Counted from the first letter of the stretch, positions 1 to 9,167 are shown. The stretch: DNA of 32,000 nucleotides from Hyperthermus butylicus DSM 5456 (GCF_000015145.1 NC_008818.1:1410001-1442000), one strand, 5' to 3'. Made by a program: numbers and translations. Notes: generated by a model not told the origin, from the sequence alone.

Positions 1-484
1 CGCGGTGCTGTCGTGCGGCTTCCCGGAGCCTCGATGGTGTTGCTGTTCGCGGGTTCCAGTGTTTGCAGTCCACTACGATGCCTAGCTTTGCTGGGGGGTC
101 GAGCCCTAGCACGTCTACTTCTAGGCCTCCCTTTCCTGGCACCCTGAGGCTGCGGTAAACCGTGTAGCCCGCCTCCTCGAGCGCCTTGGCTGTATAGTCT
201 TCGAACATTTTCCAGTCGAGGCTCCTAGCTACGATGGTCTCGGAGGCCCCGTTCTTCACGGCGGCTATTGCCAGCTCGACAGGGTCGTGAAGACACACTA
301 CGCCCTCTTCGATGGTTATGGCGCTTGTCGCCTTGGCAAGTGTTTGGAGGGCGTTTTCCACCACTATGGGTCGTAGGAAGGCCTTCTCGGCTATCTCTGT
401 GACCGGCTTGCAGCCCTGTGGCGATAGCTCGGAGAGGATTATCGTGGCTAGCGCTGAGACTGTTAGTTTGTGCCGGCACGGCAC
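1..484 (-). CDS. Partial CDS (C-terminus runs off the left edge): wHTH-like N-terminus plus PD-(D/E)XK restriction-endonuclease-fold protein
   Basis: Absent from the ORF track because there is no stop inside the window. Hand translation of the minus strand from GTG at 484-482 stays open to position 1; an in-frame TAA at 490-488 lies just upstream. Translation: VPCRHKLTVSALATIILSELSPQGCKPVTEIAEKAF...SLRVPGKGGLEVDVLGLDPPAKLGIVVDCKHWNPRT. 'EVDV', followed about 15 residues later by 'VDCK', fits the D...(D/E)xK nuclease signature. Track ORFs 225..479(-) and 312..545(+) are other frames with implausible Arg/Ser/Pro-rich composition. Confidence 0.4.
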   Translation of the reverse strand, partial: MPCRHKLTVSALATIILSELSPQGCKPVTEIAEKAFLRPIVVENALQTLAKATSAITIEEGVVCLHDPVELAIAAVKNGASETIVARSLDWKMFEDYTAKALEEAGYTVYRSLRVPGKGGLEVDVLGLDPPAKLGIVVDCKHWNPRTATPSRLREAARQHR

Positions 485-534
485 CCCCTTAGCCCCCGAG
501 CTTGGGGCTAGGATTTATCCGGGCTGCCTGGGCT

Positions 535-1587
535 GTGAGGGTTGAACTCGTCTGGTTCGACTCGCTGGGCGCCAAGGGTGCCTCCGTGCTCGTGGAGGCC
601 TGTGGGCACCGGGTCGTCATAGACCCGGGCGTTGCCGTTATGCATCCCTCCTTCCCGGCGAGCCGTGAGGCCAAGGAGGAGTGGTACCGTGAGGGCCTCG
701 GCCGCGTCATGGAGGCGCTGAAGAGGGCTGACATAGTTGTAGTGACACATTACCATCATGACCACTACCTCTACCGGCCCGAGCACATAAGCCTCTACCT
801 GGGCAAGACGCTTTACGCGAAGAACCCAAACATCTACGTTAACGAGTCCCAGCACGAGAGAGCCCTAGAATTCTACTCTATGCTCTACCGCTTAGCCGGC
901 ATCGGAGACCACCTAGAGGAGCCAGCACTAGATCCAAACGATATTCCCGACCCTCTGGACTCTCTCCTCGAGGCTCGTTCGCGCAGCTTCCCAGGCTACG
1001 ATAAGCGTAGGAGGGAACTCCTAGAGAGGGGACGCGGGTGGTTCAAGCGCCTCGTTGGGAGATGGGCTAGCTGGAGGTGGATACGTAGCCTAGAGGCGAA
1101 TGGGCTCCATGTAGTGTGGGCTGACGGAGAGGTCTTCGAGCATGGCTGCTTAAGGCTCCGCTTCACAGGCCCCCTATTCCACGGTGTGGAGTACACTAGG
1201 GTAGGCTGGGTTATCGGCGTCATAGTGGAGGCTGGGAGGCGTAGGCTCTTCTACAGCTCCGACGTCAACGGCCCCGTCATAGAAGACTATGCCTCCATGA
1301 TAATAGAGGCGGCACCGGACACGCTGATCCTCGATGGGCCTCCAACATACCTCCTTGGCTACATGCTCAACCGGGTAAACCTCAGCAGAGCTATCGAGAA
1401 CGCCGTGAGAATAGTCTCCGAGACGACCAGGCTTGAAACCGTGGTCTACGACCACCACCTGGCAAGGGAGCCCCGGTTCCGAGAAAGAGCAGCACCCGTA
1501 TGGGAAGTCGCGAAACGCAGGGGTGTCAAGCTGGCAACAGCTGCAGAACACATGGGACTCGTTCCAGCCGTACTACGTAGAGCCTAG
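535..1587 (+). CDS. Metallo-beta-lactamase-fold hydrolase, UPF0282-like
   Basis: Track ORF 502..1587. The HxHxDH-type motif 'VVTHYHHDHY' follows 'VELVWFDSLGAKGASVLVEACGHRVVIDPG', the typical MBL N-terminal beta-strands. The layout matches archaeal UPF0282 proteins as I remember them. I prefer the in-frame GTG at 535 (VRVELVWF...) over the TTG at 502, which would leave only 17 bp to the divergent gene. The start is uncertain. Confidence 0.75.
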   Translation: MRVELVWFDSLGAKGASVLVEACGHRVVIDPGVAVMHPSFPASREAKEEWYREGLGRVMEALKRADIVVVTHYHHDHYLYRPEHISLYLGKTLYAKNPNIYVNESQHERALEFYSMLYRLAGIGDHLEEPALDPNDIPDPLDSLLEARSRSFPGYDKRRRELLERGRGWFKRLVGRWASWRWIRSLEANGLHVVWADGEVFEHGCLRLRFTGPLFHGVEYTRVGWVIGVIVEAGRRRLFYSSDVNGPVIEDYASMIIEAAPDTLILDGPPTYLLGYMLNRVNLSRAIENAVRIVSETTRLETVVYDHHLAREPRFRERAAPVWEVAKRRGVKLATAAEHMGLVPAVLRRA

Positions 1588-2132
1588 CCGCCACCCCCAC
1601 CAACCCCATCTCTTCCGGGATAGAGTTCCCCTAGAGCACCAAGCATGTCCTTCCCATAGTGGACATGTGTTGAGCTGGTCGCTGTGTACTCCTGGAGAGT
1701 GCTTATTGGTCAACATGCTGGTGGCGTTTTGCTGGTTGTTGTTTGTAGGTTGGCTCTAGAGCACGCCGTCCCAGGAATAATGTGGCAGATGCGTGAGGCT
1801 TCCCGCGCTATAGCGTCGTGGGCCATCTTCTTGGTGGCAGTATTTTTGGCTCTGCCCTCCCGCGTAAGGTTTGCATGGAGTCTGAGCGCTTGCTGCCCGG
1901 GGGCTGTGGGGCTGGCCAGTTGTGGCGAAGATTCTCGCGGTTGCACGCTATGTACTTGTTGAGGGGCTGCGTGGTGGTGACCGTGGACAACCATGTCCAC
2001 GGTATAGCAGTGCTATCAGCTAGGATACTATCCATAGAGCTAGAAAGGCTTCTCCAGGAGCTAAGCCTAATCTACAACACAGTCATAGTCCAAGCATACA
2101 CCTACACCTAGGCCTCAGAGGGCTGATGTTCC

Positions 2133-2828
2133 TTGACCGAGCCCATACTAGTGCTGGACAATGTGTGGAAACGTATCGCAGGCACAGCTGTGCTCCGCGG
2201 CGTGAGCCTCGAGGCCCGCGCTGGCTGGCTTATAGTTGTGCGCGGAAGGAGCGGTATGGAGAAAACCACCCTCGCGAGGATAGCTGTGCTCCTCGACGTA
2301 CCCGACCAGGGCACGGTCATACTGCTTGGAAGGAGGATGGAGAGCCTAGGCGACTCTACACGGGCCAAGCTTCGCCTCAGATACATAGGCTACGTAGACC
2401 AGTTCTACACCCTCGTAGAGCACCTCACAGTATGGGAGAACGTGGAGCTGCCCCTGCGCCTCATGGGCATACCCCGGAGCGAGCGCGCCGCGAGGGTGAG
2501 AGAGGCAATACGCCTCATAGGCCTTGAGGAGCGCAAGCCAGGCCAGCTCACTGGTGGGCAGAGACAACGCGTAGCCATAGCACGAGCGCTAGCAAAGAAG
2601 CCCCGGCTGATAATAGCTGACGAACCCTTCTCGAACCTCGACCAGGAGGCCGAAGAGCAGGTCCTCGAAGCACTGAGGAGCCATGCCAGAGAGGGTAACG
2701 CCGTGATCATAACCGCTAAGGACCTCCTCCGGGACTATCGAGCAGTCCACGACTACACATTATCCAGTGGCATCCTCACTCCCACCGCACAATGTGGAAC
2801 AAGAAAAACTGTCCCTGCCACCAGATAA
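2133..2828 (+). CDS. ABC transporter ATP-binding protein (MacB/LolD-like), with degenerate Walker A and H-loop
   Basis: 231 aa with a TTG start. Motifs present: Q-loop 'YVDQF', signature 'LTGGQRQRVAIARAL', Walker B 'RLIIADEP', D-loop 'SNLD'. Walker A reads 'GRSGMEKTT', where the canonical GxxxxGK[ST] has Gly before Lys and this has Glu. The H-loop position reads 'VIITAKD', with no His. Confidence 0.85.
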   Translation: MTEPILVLDNVWKRIAGTAVLRGVSLEARAGWLIVVRGRSGMEKTTLARIAVLLDVPDQGTVILLGRRMESLGDSTRAKLRLRYIGYVDQFYTLVEHLTVWENVELPLRLMGIPRSERAARVREAIRLIGLEERKPGQLTGGQRQRVAIARALAKKPRLIIADEPFSNLDQEAEEQVLEALRSHAREGNAVIITAKDLLRDYRAVHDYTLSSGILTPTAQCGTRKTVPATR

Positions 2829-3127
2829 TCCACCACGGAGGGGGTTAGCCTGCGGCTAGTAAGCCTGGAGATGTTGTTGCAACTGTGCTAGCTGGTGGCA
2901 CAGTGTGCGCCGCGTGTTTCTCCTCATGAAGTGCTGGCGGCGCTACATACAGAGCTACTCCCACGGTAGCAGCCACCTATCCCGCAACCCCCGTCTGAGA
3001 TTCCTCACTTGGGCATCTAGCTATGTTGTAACACCAGAATCTATCGGCTCCCACTAGCATGCCTTGCAGCTAGAAGGGGGGTGGATGAGCCGCCAGACTA
3101 TTCACAGTGTTCATCGCTAAATAGGTC

Positions 3128-3928
3128 ATGGGCGGCTTCGGGATGGTTTGTAGGGTGGTTGTTGGCTGTTGCGGGTTCCCCTTCGCCCGGGCAAGGTATT
3201 TCCAGACATACCGTAGCGTTGAGGTGCAGCAGACCTTCTACGATCCGCCTAGCGTTGATACCCTTAGGAGATGGAGGGAGGAGGCGCCGGAGGGCTTCGT
3301 ATTCCACGTGAAGGCTTGGCAGGCCGTGACGCATAGTAGGAGGAGCCCGACGTGGCGGAGGATAAAGCGTAGCCTCCCCGGAAACCTGGATAACTATGGC
3401 CTCCTCCGCCCCACGGAGGAGAACAGGTGGGCGTGGAGGGTAACACTAGAGACTGCAGAGGCCCTAGGGGCGGAGTACATCGTGCTCCAGACGCCCCCGA
3501 GCCTGGGCTACAGCCCTGAGAACGCACAGCGCATAGAGGAGTTCCTCTCCTGGGCAGTTGGGGAGGCCAGGGGCTTCAAGGTTGGCTGGGAGCCGCGTGG
3601 AGACTGGCACGAGCACCCCGAGGAGCTCAAGAGGATACTCTGTAGCGCCCGCGTGGTACACATTGTTGACCCGTTCCGCCGCCAGCCGATAATCTGTGAC
3701 TGGCAGAGGGAGACATACTTCCGGCTCCACGGCATAGGCGGTGGCGAGGTGAACTACCGGTACCGCTACACAGACCAGGACCACGAGAAACTAGCAGAGA
3801 CAATCGCGAAGCTCATAGACGAGTACGGCCTAGAGAAGGTATACGTGATGTTTAACAACGTCTACATGGGCCAGGACGCTGCAAGGTTCCGAGAGGTGGC
3901 AAGGCAGAAGGGCTTGAACGTGTGCTAG
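3128..3928 (+). CDS. DUF72 (UPF0759) family protein
   Basis: 'VVVGCCGFPFARARYFQTYRSVEVQQTFYDPPS...WREEAPEGFVFHVKAWQAVTH' matches the DUF72 N-terminal pattern (G-x-x-G-W/F...Y...F..VE.N.TFY..P...W......F.F.vK....iTH). The ATG at 3143 (MVCRVVVG) is an equally plausible start. Confidence 0.8.
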   Translation: MGGFGMVCRVVVGCCGFPFARARYFQTYRSVEVQQTFYDPPSVDTLRRWREEAPEGFVFHVKAWQAVTHSRRSPTWRRIKRSLPGNLDNYGLLRPTEENRWAWRVTLETAEALGAEYIVLQTPPSLGYSPENAQRIEEFLSWAVGEARGFKVGWEPRGDWHEHPEELKRILCSARVVHIVDPFRRQPIICDWQRETYFRLHGIGGGEVNYRYRYTDQDHEKLAETIAKLIDEYGLEKVYVMFNNVYMGQDAARFREVARQKGLNVC

Positions 3929-4147
3929 GCTGTATATAAGCAGGATCTCCTCCTTGTGGAGGGTTTCATTGTTCCTCTCAGCTTCTCAATAATGGCCCTA
4001 GAAGCTCCGGCTGGAACAGCCGAGAATACCTGGTCGGCTAAAGTAGTCCTCTAAAGCTATAGGCCGGGAATGGTTATCACTATAACCCTGCTGGCTCAGC
4101 TAGGCGGCTGCCTTGCATGTTATTGACATGCTGGAGCCTAACAAGTG

Positions 4148-4155
4148 TTTATATA
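4148..4155 (+). promoter_or_regulatory. Archaeal TATA box candidate (TTTATATA) for the aminotransferase/oxidoreductase/acetyltransferase operon
   Basis: An exact 'tttatata' lies 43-50 nt upstream of the TTG start at 4198, in an otherwise non-coding 269-bp gap. Confidence 0.45.
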
Positions 4156-4197
4156 CTGTGGTGTAGAGGATTGTAGCTGTAGCTAGGGGCTTCCCGT

Positions 4198-5316
4198 TTG
4201 GGCTCTACCAGCTTTATCCCAGTCGCTAGGCCGCTTCTCGGCGAGGAGGAGTTTGAGGCTGTCCGTAGGGTTCTCGAGTCCGGCATCCTCGCTCACGGGC
4301 CTGAGGTCGAGGCCTTCGAGAGGGAGTTCGCCGAGTTTGTCGGTGTGGATTACGCTGTAGCAGTGGCTAATGGCACTGCTGCGCTGGACCTCATACTCAA
4401 GGCTTACCGTATCCGCGAGGGCGACGAAGTCATAACGACGCCTTTCAGCTTCATAGCTACCGCGAACGCCATTCTCTACCAGGGCGCCAGACCAGTCTTC
4501 GCCGATATAGACCCAGAGACCTACAACCTAGATCCGGACAAGGTGCTCGAGCTGATAACGCCCAGAACACGGGCAATAATAGTTGTGCATCTCTACGGCC
4601 ACCCTGCGGACATGAAGGCTTTCAGGAAGATAGCCGAAGATCACAAGCTAATACTCATTGAGGATGCAGCGCAGGCCCACGGAGCCGAGTATCGTGGAAG
4701 GATTGTTGGCTCGCTCGGCGACGCAGCGGCCTTCAGCTTCTATGCCACGAAGAACATGACGACGGGGGAGGGCGGCATGGTTACTACTAATGACCGGAGG
4801 GTGGCTGAGAGGATTAGGATGCTCCGGGACCACGGGCAGGCCGAGAAGTACCTACACGTGGAGCTTGGCTACAATCTCCGGATGACGAATATAGCGGCTG
4901 CTATTGGGAGGGTTCAGCTCCGCAGACTCCCCCAGCTCAATAGTCGTCGCCGCGAAAACGCTGAAGTTATGACGAGGATTCTCAGCCGCGTGAAGGGTAT
5001 CGTGCCGCCTATAGAGAAGCCTTGGGCTCGCCACGTGTACCACCAGTACGTGATACGGGTTACTAGCAGCTACCCCTACACCCGGGATGAGCTAGCCAAG
5101 CTGTTGAGGGAGAGGGGTATAGGTACGGCAGTCCACTACCCCAGGATCATACCGGATCAGCCGCTATACCAGAGCCTCGGCATAGGCTGCCCGAGGGGCT
5201 GCCCGGAGGCTAGGAGGGCTGCCAGGGAGGTTCTCAGCCTCCCCGTGCACCCCCATGTGTCGCGGGAGCAGGCCGAAATGATTGCCCGCACTATAGCTGA
5301 GCTAGGGAGGAGCTAG
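4198..5316 (+). CDS. DegT/DnrJ/EryC1/StrS-family PLP-dependent nucleotide-sugar aminotransferase (WbpE-like)
   Basis: 372 aa. 'IPVARPLLGEEEFEAVRRVLESGILAHGPEVEAFEREFAEFVGVDYAVAVANGTAALDL', '...FSFYATKNMTTGEGGMV' (PLP-lysine region) and 'LSLPVHPHVS' are typical family blocks. Confidence 0.9.
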   Translation: MGSTSFIPVARPLLGEEEFEAVRRVLESGILAHGPEVEAFEREFAEFVGVDYAVAVANGTAALDLILKAYRIREGDEVITTPFSFIATANAILYQGARPVFADIDPETYNLDPDKVLELITPRTRAIIVVHLYGHPADMKAFRKIAEDHKLILIEDAAQAHGAEYRGRIVGSLGDAAAFSFYATKNMTTGEGGMVTTNDRRVAERIRMLRDHGQAEKYLHVELGYNLRMTNIAAAIGRVQLRRLPQLNSRRRENAEVMTRILSRVKGIVPPIEKPWARHVYHQYVIRVTSSYPYTRDELAKLLRERGIGTAVHYPRIIPDQPLYQSLGIGCPRGCPEARRAAREVLSLPVHPHVSREQAEMIARTIAELGRS

Positions 5317-5319
5317 GCC

Positions 5320-6348
5320 TTGGTGCTACGGGTTGCAGTTGTCGGAGCAGGATACATGGGTACAGCTCACGCCAGGGTTTTGGCCCGTATCGCCGATGAG
5401 CATCCCGGCCTAGTAGAGCTGGCATACGTGGTGGATGTTGACCCGGAGAGGGCGCGCCGGGTAGCGGCAAGGTATGGTGGTAAACCCGTCCAGAGCGTTA
5501 GGGGAATGGGCGAGGTTGACCTGGCAATAGTATCCACCCCCACCGAGACCCATCTGGCCGTGTTCCGTGAGCTGCTCGGCAAGACCCGGGCAGTTCTCGT
5601 GGAGAAGCCCATGGCTTCAAGCCTTAGCGAGGCAGTAGAGATGCTTACACTTGCGCGGGAGCATGGTGTCTGGCTCGCTGTTGGCCACATAGAGCGCTTC
5701 AACCCTGCTGTGAGGGCTCTCCACGAGAGGGTCGCGCGGAGAGAGCTAGGCGACATACTAACTATCGTAGCGCGCCGCGTTGGCCCCTTCGCTCCACGGG
5801 CACAGAACACCGACGTAGTCTACGACCTCGGAGTACACGAGGTGGACAACGCCCTGGTAGTCTACAGGGGGCTCCCCGAGACTGTGCGCTCCTACACCCT
5901 CGGGGGTCTAGTATCCAGGCTCACCGACTACGCGCTCATAATACTAGGATACGGCGAGGGCTTCGCGAGCATAGAGGTTAACAGGATAACGCCGTTCAAG
6001 CAGAGAATGCTCTACCTAACAACACGGGCAGCGGTAGCATACCTGGACTACATGGAGCAAGTGCTCCGGATACACCGCGGCCACGAGGAGGCAACAGTAG
6101 TGATAAGGAGGGAGGAGCCGCTCTACCTCGAAGACCTGGCTGTGGTGTCCAGGTTTGCCAGCGGCGAGGAGCCTGACGTGGACGGCTACCAGGGCTTCCT
6201 AGCGCTCTACGTCTGCGAGCTGGCGCTGGAGTCGAGGCTCCAGCGCCGCGACATCGATGCAAGGGACAATAAGCTCTACAGCCACTACCAGGACCTCGTC
6301 GAGGAGGGGCTGCGCCGCCTCAAAGCCTACACCGATAAGCTTGCATAA
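5320..6348 (+). CDS. Gfo/Idh/MocA-family NAD(P)-dependent oxidoreductase (WbpB-like by context)
   Basis: 342 aa. N-terminal Rossmann segment 'LRVAVVGAGYMGTAHARVL' and 'VLVEKPMA' (the EKP motif of this family). It starts 4 nt after the aminotransferase stop. Confidence 0.85.
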   Translation: MVLRVAVVGAGYMGTAHARVLARIADEHPGLVELAYVVDVDPERARRVAARYGGKPVQSVRGMGEVDLAIVSTPTETHLAVFRELLGKTRAVLVEKPMASSLSEAVEMLTLAREHGVWLAVGHIERFNPAVRALHERVARRELGDILTIVARRVGPFAPRAQNTDVVYDLGVHEVDNALVVYRGLPETVRSYTLGGLVSRLTDYALIILGYGEGFASIEVNRITPFKQRMLYLTTRAAVAYLDYMEQVLRIHRGHEEATVVIRREEPLYLEDLAVVSRFASGEEPDVDGYQGFLALYVCELALESRLQRRDIDARDNKLYSHYQDLVEEGLRRLKAYTDKLA

Positions 6349-6372
6349 CCCTACTGTGGGGGATCCCTGGGC

Positions 6373-7092
6373 ATGGTTGTGTATGGCTACGTCTCCAGCT
6401 CGGCCAGGATTCTCTCAAGCCTTGTCTCTTTCGGTGCAGTAATTCTTGGCCCTACACTAGTCGGCGAGGACACGATTATCGACCCTAGCGTGATCGTAGG
6501 CTACCCGTCAAGGGCCAGCCTGCGCCGCCTCCTCGGGGAGGAACGTGGGCTCCGGGGGCTAGAGCTGCTAGATGTTGCTAGTAGCGGTGCCAGGATTGGG
6601 AGGAGTTGCCATTTGAGGGCTGGCACTGTTATCTACGAGAGGGTCGTTATAGGTGACAGAGTGCAGACCGGCCACCATGTCATCATAAGGGAGGACACGG
6701 TTATAGGTGATGGGACCGCTGTCGGAACCGCTACGGTTATCGATGGCCGTGTGAGGATAGGGAGAAACGTCCGGATAGAGACAGGCGTCTACATACCACC
6801 GGAGACAGTTATCGGAAACAACGTGTTCATAGGTCCTCGGGCAGTTTTCACCAACGACAAGTACCCTCCGTCGAGGAGGCTGCAGGGAGCAATAGTAGAG
6901 GACGGCGCAGTAATAGGGGCTAACGCGGTGATACTACCAGGTGTCCGGATAGGCCGCAACGCCGTCGTGGCAGCTGGAAGCGTCGTGACGAGAGATGTGC
7001 CGCCAGGCACGGTTGTAGCCGGAGTGCCAGCGAGACCCATAGCAAGCCGCGACGAATACGAGGAGAAGAAACGCCGCTGGGAAGGAGCATAG
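6373..7092 (+). CDS. Left-handed beta-helix (hexapeptide-repeat) acetyltransferase (WbpD-like by context)
   Basis: 239 aa. Repeated [LIV]-G-x4 hexapeptides: 'IGDRVQTGHHVIIREDTVIGDGTAVGTATVIDGRVRIGRNVRIETGVYI...IVEDGAVIGANAVILPGVRIGRNAVVAAGSVVTRDVPPGTVVAGVPARPI'. Confidence 0.85.
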   Translation: MVVYGYVSSSARILSSLVSFGAVILGPTLVGEDTIIDPSVIVGYPSRASLRRLLGEERGLRGLELLDVASSGARIGRSCHLRAGTVIYERVVIGDRVQTGHHVIIREDTVIGDGTAVGTATVIDGRVRIGRNVRIETGVYIPPETVIGNNVFIGPRAVFTNDKYPPSRRLQGAIVEDGAVIGANAVILPGVRIGRNAVVAAGSVVTRDVPPGTVVAGVPARPIASRDEYEEKKRRWEGA

Positions 7093-7179
7093 AATCCATG
7101 CCCGGAGCGGCCCGGACGGAATCCCAACTATATGAAAAGACGTTCGGCAAGGAAATCAATGTCTAAGTGTGGAGATGGG

Positions 7180-8067
7180 TTACTCCCTCTTGTAGGGTAT
7201 GCCTACATGTCTTGGTGGCTTGACCTTCCCTAGCACTCCTGCTACTGCTGCCAGCGTGACTATGTATGGTATCGTGTTTAGCAGCGTATCGGGGACAACA
7301 GCCTTCACGGCAGGCATCGTTTTGACCCACTCACGGAGAGTGTCGAAGAACCCGAAGAGAGCCGCTCCACCGAGGGCGCGTAGGGGGTTCCAGTTGCTAA
7401 ACACTACTAGTGCCAGGGCTATGAAGCCCCTACCAGCCGCTATCTCCTTCGTCACTGTTGAGAGCCAGTCGAGGCTCATGTAGGCGCCTGCAAGTCCTGC
7501 TAGAGAGGCGCCAGCTATTACTGCTAGAGCCTGCGTTCTCTCAACCCTGACACCCACCGTGTCCGCTGCTTCCGGGTTTTCGCCCACGCTGCGTATCTTC
7601 AGCCCGGTTGGGGTCTTGAATAGTAGGTACCAGAGCAGCGGGGACAATACTATCGCGAAAAGTGTTATCGGGCTGAGGCCAGCCATGTGGGGTACCCTTG
7701 CATAGCTTGGCACTTGATAGTGGCCAGCGCTGTGCCAGTAGACTATCAGCGTGAAGGGTACCAGGCCGAGGGCTAGAGTGTTGATGCCCACCCCCGGGAT
7801 TATGTGGTCGCCCTTGAGGTATGCTGTGAGGATAGCGTGTAGAAGGCCTATCGCCGCGCCGACGCCTGTGCCTGCCGCTAGGCCGATCCACGGGCTGTGC
7901 GCTGCTTCGCCAGCCATTACGGCTACCAGGGCTCCAATCATTATTATGCCTTCGAGTCCTATGTTTACTACTCCAGCGCGTTCAGCGAGTATCTCGCCTA
8001 GAGCCGTGAGGAGTATTGGCGTCATAGCATTTAGGACGCCTAGGATGAAGAGTGTAAGAGTCTCCAC
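7180..8067 (-). CDS. ABC transporter permease (BMP/nucleoside-type, second permease)
   Basis: 295 aa, polytopic and hydrophobic. 'RAGVVNIGLEGIIMIGA' is the conserved N-terminal motif of the branched-chain/ribose/BMP permease superfamily. It starts 2 nt after the upstream permease. Confidence 0.85.
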   Translation of the reverse strand: METLTLFILGVLNAMTPILLTALGEILAERAGVVNIGLEGIIMIGALVAVMAGEAAHSPWIGLAAGTGVGAAIGLLHAILTAYLKGDHIIPGVGINTLALGLVPFTLIVYWHSAGHYQVPSYARVPHMAGLSPITLFAIVLSPLLWYLLFKTPTGLKIRSVGENPEAADTVGVRVERTQALAVIAGASLAGLAGAYMSLDWLSTVTKEIAAGRGFIALALVVFSNWNPLRALGGAALFGFFDTLREWVKTMPAVKAVVPDTLLNTIPYIVTLAAVAGVLGKVKPPRHVGIPYKRE

Positions 8068-8069
8068 GG

Positions 8070-9167
8070 TTACTCACCCCTGGCCTGTAGCTCTCTCAGC
8101 TCCTTCCTACGGCGCAGGTACTCCGAGAGCATATGGAACACCCCGGGTATTGCAAGGGCTATGATTATCACGCCCTCCACGATTCTAACCATCTCGAGTG
8201 GGATGCCAGCGAATATCTGCATGTACCTAGCGCCAGCCTTAAGCCCGCCAACAAAGAATGCTGCGAATATTATGCCTATGGGGTGGTTTGCTCCTATCAA
8301 TGCTACGGTGATGCCGTCGAATCCTAGCCCGTAGAGGTTGCTGAGCCCTGTCGTTATCGAGTAGTTCGGCGGTTTTCCTAGCACCTCGCCGGCACCAGCA
8401 AGCCCGGCGGCGATGCCGCCTATGAGGAAGGAGAGTATTACTGCTTTCTCAGGCTTTATGCCAGCATACCTTGCTGCTAGCGGGTTGAGGCCTGCTGCAC
8501 GCAGCTCATAGCCTTCAACGGTGTGCCATAGGAGGAAGTAGGTCAGCAGCGTAAAGGCGATGGATACTATTATTGCTAGTGAGAGTTCGGAGTGCGCCAT
8601 GAGTAGGGGTAGCCTCGCCTGCTCGGGTACGCTAACAGTCTTTGATGGATCCTCTGGGTTGTAGACAATGTACACCCTAAAGTACTCTACAACCCAGAAT
8701 GCTATCCAGTTAAGCATGATTGTTGATACTACCTCGTGTACACCCCTCTTAACCTTGAGTAATGCTGCAATCAATGCTAGGCCGACAGCTAGAATGACGC
8801 CCAGAGCGTACGCGGCAACTGTGCCGAGGGGCGAGTCGAGTGCTGGAACCCAGTTACGGGCTATCCAGGCTACGAGGACTGCGCCAAGGGCGCCTATGTA
8901 GAGCTGGCCTTCTGCGCCAATGTTGAAGAGGCCTGCCCGAACGCCGACCGCGAAGGTTATGCCGGTAAGCATTATTGGAGCTGCAGCGCTGAGGCTCGTA
9001 CTCAAACCATAGATGTCAAGGAAGCTCATCTCGAAGAGGCTGCGATACGCCTCCACCGGGTCGTAGCCACTCACATACACCACTATAGCTCCAACAAGCA
9101 AGCCTATTACTAGCGATAGCACGCTCTCGCCAAACCTTAGCAGGCCACGCCGCAGCCACTCCGGCAT
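8070..9167 (-). CDS. ABC transporter permease (BMP/nucleoside-type, first permease)
   Basis: 365 aa, polytopic. 'RAGLFNIGAEGQLYIGALGA' is the same family motif, and the gene lies in an operon with the ATPase and the BMP binding protein. Confidence 0.85.
   Translation of the reverse strand: MPEWLRRGLLRFGESVLSLVIGLLVGAIVVYVSGYDPVEAYRSLFEMSFLDIYGLSTSLSAAAPIMLTGITFAVGVRAGLFNIGAEGQLYIGALGAVLVAWIARNWVPALDSPLGTVAAYALGVILAVGLALIAALLKVKRGVHEVVSTIMLNWIAFWVVEYFRVYIVYNPEDPSKTVSVPEQARLPLLMAHSELSLAIIVSIAFTLLTYFLLWHTVEGYELRAAGLNPLAARYAGIKPEKAVILSFLIGGIAAGLAGAGEVLGKPPNYSITTGLSNLYGLGFDGITVALIGANHPIGIIFAAFFVGGLKAGARYMQIFAGIPLEMVRIVEGVIIIALAIPGVFHMLSEYLRRRKELRELQARGE

Noticed and set aside
225-545. Track ORFs 225..479(-) and 312..545(+)
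   Set aside because: A different minus-strand frame, open from 484 to the window edge, gives a far more protein-like product with a PD-(D/E)XK motif. These two ORFs are Arg/Ser/His-rich and overlap it.
1684-1962. Cys-rich C-terminal peptide ORF next to an ABC ATPase as a RiPP/bacteriocin-like precursor
   Set aside because: The ORF sits in a G+T-skewed tract that automatically yields Cys/Gly/Val/Trp codons. There is no modifying enzyme, protease or exporter permease nearby. It is kept only as a note within the orphan-ABC finding.
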